From: Bdellovibrionales bacterium
GTDB taxonomy: Bacteria > Bdellovibrionota > Bdellovibrionia > Bdellovibrionales > UBA1609
Direction: 5' to 3'
Length of the DNA stretch: 64,000 nt
Assembly: GCA_965237565.1 (NCBI GenBank)
Contig: OZ250145.1
Location: 1,214,568 to 1,278,567 of the forward strand
The notes beneath the pieces are model-generated. The model saw nothing but the letters and a program-made list of their open reading frames with translations, searched no databases and was not told where the DNA came from. Shown here in pieces: positions 37,343 to 44,280 of the stretch (positions are counted from its first letter, which is position 1; every line of letters begins with the position of its first letter). The position numbers and the translations under genes were made by a program.

Positions 37343-38518
37343 CTATACAGAAGAGCAAACTTTATTCCTTCCTTCTTTTTTTGCTTTGTATAGTAATTTA
37401 TCTGCGCGTACGTAAATATCCTGCCACTGCGTATCTTTTTCTAATTGAGTAGCCACCCCCGCAGAAATAGTGATTCGTATCTCCTGATTCTCGTGTTTGA
37501 AGACATGTTTTTCTATTTTCTTTCGAATATTCTCAATGGCACCTTTTGCTCTGTCGATTGAACTGCTCAGTAAAATGCAAAACTCCTCTCCCCCAAAACG
37601 AACCAGCAGATCACGCAAACGTACACAAGATTTGCTCAACTTGGCCACTTTTCGCAAAATCATATCTCCGGCTAAATGACCATAGGTATCATTCACCTTT
37701 TTAAAGTAATCGATATCAAAAATGATAAGAGATAAGGGCCGATCGAATTTCTTGCTCAATGTAAAAAATTCCGGAGCTTTTGTTTCTATCATGGCTCGAT
37801 TGCCAATTTTGGTCAAAACGTCATAGTAACTTTTTTTAAAACTATCCGCTATAGAAAAAAATTCCAAATTCCCGCTGTCTAAAAATTTCAAAATTACATT
37901 ACCAACTTTTAGCTGGTCATTATCCCGTAAAACAATCTCTTCTTTGGGCCCCAAAAGGCTGTCATTCACGAGAGTTTTGTTTGTAGAACCAAAGTCAGAA
38001 ATGCTCACTTTCCCTCCAGAAAACAAATGAATCTTTAAATGTTTTTTACTCACTGAAGATTCGGGTATGGAAATGTCACACTTACTGCTACGTCCTAAGC
38101 TCAATTCATTTTTACCGATAGACCATTGCTGGCCCACCATAGAATCAGGACCAAAAATCACTACCAGACTGGCTGGAATGGATTGTACAAATGTGTTGGA
38201 ATAAAGATCCTCTTGTGCAACGGCAGTTTTATCCCATCCCACTACGTCCGTGACGGTTTTTTCGTCTGCTTGTGCCTTTGTTACGTGTACAGTTTCCTCG
38301 TTTTTAGCTGGCTTCCCATCCGCTCTGGCCCTTGCCTTACTTGCCTGCTCCCCTTTGTCTCCCCAGCCTTTGGAAAAATCTTTCTTTTCTTTCTTTGACT
38401 CAGCCATGAGCGATTCCAATTTTTTGCCATCCAACATGTTTTGATCTTCCACTAGGAATGGACGTTCCAAGACGTTTGCATTTTTTTGCTTTGCTTTTTT
38501 TGTACTTGAATCTCGCAT
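37343..38518 (-). CDS. FHA-domain diguanylate cyclase (FHA-GGDEF)
   Basis: Disordered N-terminus, an FHA core (LGRSSKCDISIPESSVSKKHLKI ... GSTNKTLVND), and a GGDEF domain with active-site RFGGEEF. Confidence 0.85.
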   Translation of the reverse strand: MRDSSTKKAKQKNANVLERPFLVEDQNMLDGKKLESLMAESKKEKKDFSKGWGDKGEQASKARARADGKPAKNEETVHVTKAQADEKTVTDVVGWDKTAVAQEDLYSNTFVQSIPASLVVIFGPDSMVGQQWSIGKNELSLGRSSKCDISIPESSVSKKHLKIHLFSGGKVSISDFGSTNKTLVNDSLLGPKEEIVLRDNDQLKVGNVILKFLDSGNLEFFSIADSFKKSYYDVLTKIGNRAMIETKAPEFFTLSKKFDRPLSLIIFDIDYFKKVNDTYGHLAGDMILRKVAKLSKSCVRLRDLLVRFGGEEFCILLSSSIDRAKGAIENIRKKIEKHVFKHENQEIRITISAGVATQLEKDTQWQDIYVRADKLLYKAKKEGRNKVCSSV

Positions 38519-38530
38519 AGAACAAAATCC

Positions 38531-39616
38531 TTAGATGGTTTCTTTTTTCTCTTCCTCATCCTCAAGAAACCCATGGCCCGATCTCAAAACATTTAGAGCC
38601 ATCTGCAAAGCCCGAACAGCCTGACGAGACTGGGTCCTTATACTTTCCAATTGATGGATATTTTCTCCGCCTCTCCTCTTCTCATTTTCTAAATCCATTG
38701 TTAAGCGATTCATTTGCCTCTTAAGATCCAAAATATATCTATCTTTTTCACGAGACAAAGTGTTTTGCTCTAACTTCATTAGCTCCAAACGGTTTTCCAA
38801 TTCTCTTTCACGCACCTGAATGTGTTGAATACTATTTGAAAGTCTCTTCTCCATTTCTTGATTTTTTAGTTTCATTTTGTCAATTTCTACACTTTGCTGA
38901 TTAAAAGTTTCCATCAAAATTTTCTTTTCTTCTTCAAAATCTTCACGGCTCTCCTCATAAATTTTCTTCAAATGATCCCTTTGCACCAAGGCCTTATCCA
39001 AGCGCTCTCTAAAAATATCTCCCGTTGATACAATCTCTTCATTCTCTTCACGAAGCCTCTTGATTTCTGTTTCTAGGGCCAAAATTCTTTCCTGAGCCAC
39101 TCTGAGGTTTTCCGATTGTTTCAAGGTAATGTGGACAGGGATGATGGAAGCGTCTAGCTTGGGAACCCCCGTATGATGGCCCATCAAAGAAGTCCTCGTG
39201 TGGGTGTGAGTGATAGGAGGGCTTTCTTTTTTCTCCTCTTTCTCCTCTTTCTCCTCTTTGCCAAACATAGCACCCAACCAGTGCTTTGATTTTTTTTCCT
39301 CTGATTTTGAAGATTTTTTTGGAGCAGAGGAATCCAAAACCCTAAGAGAACTTGGCTTCTTTGGTTCTTGCTTCTTTACCACTCCGACAGGAGCCTTCTC
39401 CTCGGGAAACCTTGCATCACTTTTTTCTTCGTAAGAGCTAAAAAATGGATGGATCTTTTCTGAAGAGCCCACTTTTGACTGATTTTCTTCTTCTTTTGAA
39501 ATTTCGTGAAAAAGACCGGTCCCGGACGAAGTGAGGGAAGTTTTGATCTCTTCACTAGATTCTAGCAAATCGTCCATCACTTCTTGCAGAGCCTGTGAAT
39601 TTTTTCTTTTTCCCAT
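38531..39616 (-). CDS. Hypothetical protein: disordered Ser/Lys/Glu-rich N-half, long coiled-coil C-half
   Basis: ORF track 38531..39652. Start tentatively placed at the ATG at 39614-39616 (MGKRKNS), which follows GGTGGGA. A 9-nt repeat x3 encodes KEEKEEKEEK. Confidence 0.5.
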   Translation of the reverse strand: MGKRKNSQALQEVMDDLLESSEEIKTSLTSSGTGLFHEISKEEENQSKVGSSEKIHPFFSSYEEKSDARFPEEKAPVGVVKKQEPKKPSSLRVLDSSAPKKSSKSEEKKSKHWLGAMFGKEEKEEKEEKKESPPITHTHTRTSLMGHHTGVPKLDASIIPVHITLKQSENLRVAQERILALETEIKRLREENEEIVSTGDIFRERLDKALVQRDHLKKIYEESREDFEEEKKILMETFNQQSVEIDKMKLKNQEMEKRLSNSIQHIQVRERELENRLELMKLEQNTLSREKDRYILDLKRQMNRLTMDLENEKRRGGENIHQLESIRTQSRQAVRALQMALNVLRSGHGFLEDEEEKKETI

Positions 39617-39636
39617 ATCATTCCCACCGACCTGAT

Positions 39637-39669
39637 GAATCGGAGCAAACACAAAACAAACTCCGATTC
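39637..39669. other. Perfect 9-bp inverted repeat GAATCGGAG-N15-CTCCGATTC in the divergent intergenic region
   Basis: Read directly from the sequence. No T-tract follows on either strand, so it is not a classic terminator. Confidence 0.4.
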
Positions 39670-39834
39670 CTTGACCTTATCGGAAATGACGATAAATTCT
39701 TAAAAAGAGGATTCCCCCAATCTCATAAAAATTTCCACTTGCTAGACCCAAGTCCTAAAGAGATAGAACACAGGAAATCGCCCGTATAATAGACGAGAAG
39801 GATTGACAAGAATGGCTCTATTTTATGAAACTGA

Positions 39835-39850
39835 TGGGAGCCATTTTGCG
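39835..39850 (+). promoter_or_regulatory. Weak sigma54-like -24/-12 element (TGGgagccattTTGCg) upstream of gdhA
   Basis: GG-N10-GC spacing is correct and TTGC is present, but there are 4 mismatches to TGGCACG-N4-TTGCW. It lies ~108 nt upstream of the gdhA ATG. Confidence 0.2.
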
Positions 39851-39957
39851 TAATGGGAAGAGGCAAATTTTCGTTGTAACTTGGAATAAATGAAGTATTT
39901 TTAACAAAACTAAGATTGACAATTCATACTTTCCTTCAGAATCTTTAAAGGCAACTT

Positions 39958-41244
39958 ATGGAAAAAAGTGAAGATGAAATTCTAAAAAATCCGCTCCATC
40001 AAAGCGTTATTTATGGTCTGGAGAAAGCGAGTAAGCATGTTGGCATCAGTCGAAACGTTGTAGAGAGACTAAAACTGCCTCGACGCGCCATCCGTGTCTC
40101 CATCCCCGTGCGGATGGATAATGACCAAGTGCAAGTTTTCAACGGATACCGGGTGCAACACAACCACACTCTGGGTCCATTCAAGGGAGGCGTTCGCTAC
40201 CATCCCAGTGTGAATATTGGAGAAGTGGCTGCCCTAGCTGCCTTGATGACTTATAAAAATTCTTTACTGAATCTTCCCCTAGGGGGAGCCAAGGGAGGGG
40301 TCCAATTGAACCCATCTTCCTTGTCAAAAGCTGAACTGGAAGCCCTCACGAGAAGATACACCTCTGAGCTCAGCCCCTTTATTGGACCGGATAAGGACAT
40401 CCCTGCCCCAGACGTGGGAACCAACTCAGAGACCATGGCTTGGATGCTGGACACCTACTCCTTGGAATCCGGCTTTTCTCAAACTGGAGTGGTCACGGGA
40501 AAACCTGTGGAAATTGGAGGCTCCAAAGGAAGAGAATGTGCTACAGGCTTGGGAGCGGTTTATATTTTGGAAAAGGCTTTAGCGGTCCAAAATAAAAATA
40601 TTAGTGAAGTTTCTTTAGCGATACAAGGTTTCGGAAAAGTGGGCATGCATGCATGCGTAGAGGCTCACGCTCTGGGAGCTAGGGTAGTGGCCATCAGTGA
40701 TCGCTCCGGCGGTATTTTTAACCCCAAGGGGATCAACCTTACTGATTTGCTTCAACACAAAACAGCTCACCACTTCATCAAGGGTTATCCTAAGGCTCAG
40801 GCCATTTCCAACGAGGATCTCCTAGCTCTGGATGTGGATGCTGTCATACCCTGTGCATTGGATGCTACCATCAATAAAAACAATATGAGAGAGATCAAAG
40901 CTCCCCTGATTGTGGAAGGAGCCAATGGACCGATCACCCCAGAGGCGGGAGAGTATCTCGTAGAGAAAGACACCCTCATCGTCCCTGATATTTTAGCAAA
41001 TGGAGGGGGAGTTGTGGTTAGCTACTTCGAATGGGTACAGGATATTGGCTGGCTTTTTTGGACAGAAAAAGAAGTAAGGGATAAATTGCGAAATATCATG
41101 AACAGATCATTCGATAAGGTTTATGCCTTTGCGGAAGAAAAACAAGATTCTCGAAAAAAGAAACAAAAGGATTTGCGATTGGCCGCAATGAGTGTGTCTT
41201 TGTTGCGATTGGAAAAAGCAATGAAACTAAGAGGACAATCTTGA
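39958..41244 (+). CDS. gdhA: Glutamate dehydrogenase (Glu/Leu/Phe/Val dehydrogenase family)
   Basis: Catalytic LPLGGAKGG motif, Rossmann motif GFGKVG, 428 aa. Confidence 0.9.
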   Translation: MEKSEDEILKNPLHQSVIYGLEKASKHVGISRNVVERLKLPRRAIRVSIPVRMDNDQVQVFNGYRVQHNHTLGPFKGGVRYHPSVNIGEVAALAALMTYKNSLLNLPLGGAKGGVQLNPSSLSKAELEALTRRYTSELSPFIGPDKDIPAPDVGTNSETMAWMLDTYSLESGFSQTGVVTGKPVEIGGSKGRECATGLGAVYILEKALAVQNKNISEVSLAIQGFGKVGMHACVEAHALGARVVAISDRSGGIFNPKGINLTDLLQHKTAHHFIKGYPKAQAISNEDLLALDVDAVIPCALDATINKNNMREIKAPLIVEGANGPITPEAGEYLVEKDTLIVPDILANGGGVVVSYFEWVQDIGWLFWTEKEVRDKLRNIMNRSFDKVYAFAEEKQDSRKKKQKDLRLAAMSVSLLRLEKAMKLRGQS

Positions 41245-42254
41245 TAAAACCTTGGCTTCTCCTGCCAGCTGAGTGGTCTCACGCACTTCATGATCCTTTG
41301 TTTTCTTTTTATTCCCAGTGCAGTAGAAATCGCAAAGCTCCGGAATGGAAGCCCCTGTATTGGAGGGGTCTTTACTTTCCCAATCCTTTAGCTCCTGCAG
41401 GAGGGGTGGACAAATCGGCCAAACATATAAAGGCTTGGTGGGCCCTAGGGGCCGGTTTTATTGAGCTGGGGACCATCACTCCTTTGCCACAAAAAAAAAA
41501 TGAAGGACCATTTTTAAAAAGAAATATTCAAAAACAAGCTCTTTGGAATCACTTGGGCTTCCCCAACGAAGGAGTGAATGCCGTAACACAGAGATTGGAG
41601 GCTCTTACTTCCTTTAAACCTACACCGATTTTTGCCAATATCGGAAAAAATAGAAACACCAAAAATGAGAGAGCCCAAGAGGATTGCATCCAATGCATTT
41701 CAAAACTTTCCCCCTTTGTGGATGCTTTCGTAATCAATATCAGCAGTCCCAATACAGAAAAGCTCACTGAGCTTTTTCGACCAGAACTTTTACGGCCTTT
41801 TTTAAAAGACATTCAGCAAAAACTCAGTGATTTGGAAAAACCTCTTCCTTTCTTTTTAAAATGGAGCCCTGATCTCACTGAAAAGGATTTCTTATTGGCC
41901 CTCGATATAGCTCTAGAATGTGGTTCCAGCGGTCAAATTCTATGCAATAGTACCAAGCAAAACAAGGACTGCGGATTTCCAGAATACGGAGGGGTATCAG
42001 GGGCTCCCTTGGCTTCATCTGCAGAAGAAAAACTACTCTCCACTATCAAGCATTTGGGGCCAGAGAAAAAAAATCAGCTTCTTGTTTCCGTGGGAGGAGT
42101 TCTCAGTCCAAAGGACGTATTTAAAAGATTGGACATGGGTGCCGACCTCGTGCAGACCTATTCAGCACTTGTGTTTCAAGGACCTTTTTTTCTCAGACGA
42201 GTCCAAAAGGAAGCCCACGGACGAAAAGATAGAAATTTTCAAGAAAAAAAATAA
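41241..42254 (+). CDS. pyrD: Dihydroorotate dehydrogenase (quinone), class 2
   Basis: GFIELGTITP, NISSPNT and a C-terminal GADLVQTYSALVFQGP. TTGA overlap with the gdhA stop. Confidence 0.88.
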   Translation: MIKPWLLLPAEWSHALHDPLFSFYSQCSRNRKAPEWKPLYWRGLYFPNPLAPAGGVDKSAKHIKAWWALGAGFIELGTITPLPQKKNEGPFLKRNIQKQALWNHLGFPNEGVNAVTQRLEALTSFKPTPIFANIGKNRNTKNERAQEDCIQCISKLSPFVDAFVINISSPNTEKLTELFRPELLRPFLKDIQQKLSDLEKPLPFFLKWSPDLTEKDFLLALDIALECGSSGQILCNSTKQNKDCGFPEYGGVSGAPLASSAEEKLLSTIKHLGPEKKNQLLVSVGGVLSPKDVFKRLDMGADLVQTYSALVFQGPFFLRRVQKEAHGRKDRNFQEKK

Positions 42255-42424
42255 ACAAGACCCGCGACCAAAAAGAAGCGAGCTTACAAAACTATGCCCT
42301 TTATCCTTTGAAAGCAAAGTTATGAATTTTACACTCCAGAAATGAGAAAAATTTCTAAAATACGCAAAAAAATATTACTTTCAAGTTGTCAAAGGCTTCG
42401 AAGCTTTTATATAGTGGCCAAAAT

Positions 42425-42745
42425 ATGGTCAAAAAAAGTAAGCTCCCTTATTTTACGAAATCAGAACTAATCAATGAGATAGCCAGAAAGCATCGATTAA
42501 AAAAGACCCTTGCGGAAGTGGCTGTCAATAGTGTTCTGGAATCCATCAGCACCACCTTGGAGCAAGGAAATCGAGTAGAGGTGCGAGGCTTTGGCACTTT
42601 TGAATTAAGAAAGTACGGATCTTACCAAGGACGCAATCCCCAAACTGGAGAGCTCATTCGAGTGAAATCAAAAAAACTTCCCTTCTTTAAAGCCGGTAAG
42701 TTTAAAGAAGAGATCAACAAGAGTCGGAAAAAATCAGCTAGCTAA
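42425..42745 (+). CDS. HU/IHF family DNA-binding protein (IHF beta-like)
   Basis: TKSELINEIA ... RVEVRGFGTFELRKYGSYQGRNPQTGELI ... FKAGK. The start is uncertain (ATG 42425 versus TTG 42386). Confidence 0.8.
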   Translation: MVKKSKLPYFTKSELINEIARKHRLKKTLAEVAVNSVLESISTTLEQGNRVEVRGFGTFELRKYGSYQGRNPQTGELIRVKSKKLPFFKAGKFKEEINKSRKKSAS

Positions 42746-42787
42746 TAAGTGCCAAATAGCCTTTTGTCTCCCATCCCACAATCACCT

Positions 42788-44125
42788 CTAAGGGAAATGT
42801 CTCATTTGTTTTATATCACTGAGCTTTGTAAAAATTAAAAATAGACGATCCAGACCCAAGGAAATTCCAGAAGCAGGAGGCATTCCGGCCTTCATATCAG
42901 CCAAAAGTGAAGAGGAAAAAGGCACAGCCAATTTATTTTTTTGTTTTCTTTTTTGTAAGTCGCTCCGAAAACGACTCTCTTGCTCTTTCGCTTCTATCAC
43001 CTCATCGTAAGCATTGGCTAACTCCATCCCCTTCCAAAAAAGTTCGAAACGACTGGCCCAAGCTTCAGAATTCACACGAGCATTGACTTTTTGAAAAGCA
43101 GGATAATCATAAATAATCAAAGCCTCTTCCTTGTCCAAAAAAGGCTCAATGCCATTTAGAAACAACAAATAAAACAAATCGTCCAAATGATAGGACTGAT
43201 CAAAGGGAATCTCCATTTTTTTTAGCTGATCAATAAAATCTTGTTTTGAATTGTTTGGATCAAGTTCCATTCCGAGATACTCCTTGAATAAAGATCTCAT
43301 GCTCTTTTTTTTCAGCACCGGGGCGGAACAAAAAGCAAATGTTTGTGATACATCTTCTAACAATTGGCCCAAATCTTCTATCAGGCGATCCAAACTCGCA
43401 TGAGCACGATACCATTCCAAAAGATAAAACTCGTGATGATTGAAAGGACCCTGCTCCCTATTTCTGAAACATTTTTTTATTTCATAAATATCTGTCCAAC
43501 CACGACAAAGCAGTCTCTTCAAATGAATTTCAGGACTGGTTGGCAAGAACACTCTCTTTTGCTCTTTTTCTAAGGATAACTCCGTCTCAAATACAAACAA
43601 ATCTGGTTCCGTGCCGGGGCAATCCACCAAGGAAGGGGTCTGGACAGGAACCAAAGACAAATCCTGAAGAGCTTTCTGGACACAATGTAAAAAAACAAAC
43701 CAGCTTTTTTGTCTCTCAAAACTGAAGGGGCTAAAAAGAACTTGGCTCTGAGAAACAGAAGTGAGAACCAATTTTTCAAGCTGATGAATCTCCCCTTTTT
43801 TTACTTGGTCCTTTTGAACCTGAATGAGAAGCGAATCTCCTGCCGCCAAAACAGAATATACCTCGTCCCATGTTTGCCCCTTCCTGAAAGAGAAATCAAA
43901 AAATAACTTGGCTTTCGGAGACACAAAACATTTCACTTCCTGAGACGAGCTTCGCAAAATGAAACAATTTTTTGAAATTTTTTCAGATAAGGAAGCTCCC
44001 AACCAAAAAAAACCATCCGGCGAACTCTTTACATGAAAAAAATGATGCAAAGAAAAGGCTTTCTCAGGCATGGACGGATACAGACAATTTTGAACGAATT
44101 CTTTTCTTGTTTTCATGAAAACCAC
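42788..44125 (-). CDS. epmA: EpmA/GenX-like class II lysyl-tRNA-synthetase paralog (EF-P lysylase family) with ~120-aa N-terminal extension
   Basis: Class II core motifs (LPTSPEIHLKRLL; FRNRE; ELANAYDE; SGISLGLDRL). The N-terminal region resembles an OB fold (GDSLLIQVQ...LVLTS). Confidence 0.7.
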   Translation of the reverse strand: MVFMKTRKEFVQNCLYPSMPEKAFSLHHFFHVKSSPDGFFWLGASLSEKISKNCFILRSSSQEVKCFVSPKAKLFFDFSFRKGQTWDEVYSVLAAGDSLLIQVQKDQVKKGEIHQLEKLVLTSVSQSQVLFSPFSFERQKSWFVFLHCVQKALQDLSLVPVQTPSLVDCPGTEPDLFVFETELSLEKEQKRVFLPTSPEIHLKRLLCRGWTDIYEIKKCFRNREQGPFNHHEFYLLEWYRAHASLDRLIEDLGQLLEDVSQTFAFCSAPVLKKKSMRSLFKEYLGMELDPNNSKQDFIDQLKKMEIPFDQSYHLDDLFYLLFLNGIEPFLDKEEALIIYDYPAFQKVNARVNSEAWASRFELFWKGMELANAYDEVIEAKEQESRFRSDLQKRKQKNKLAVPFSSSLLADMKAGMPPASGISLGLDRLFLIFTKLSDIKQMRHFP

Positions 44126-44280
44126 TCCAAGAATACTAATTGTTTTTTTTATTTCTAGACAGTTTGATGCACTTAGACCTTAATAAAAAAATATCCTTGC
44201 CTTATTTTTTCACTGAATACATAAAATGAGCCGTAGATTTCTCTTCTTTTATGCAAGAATTTTACACATAGGACTCTTTA

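Noticed and set aside
44126-44280. Glycine riboswitch upstream of gcvP
   Set aside because: The 155-nt AT-rich leader lacks the conserved GGAGAG...CACCG...GGGGCAA-type cores of the glycine aptamer. No tandem aptamer-like structure could be drawn.
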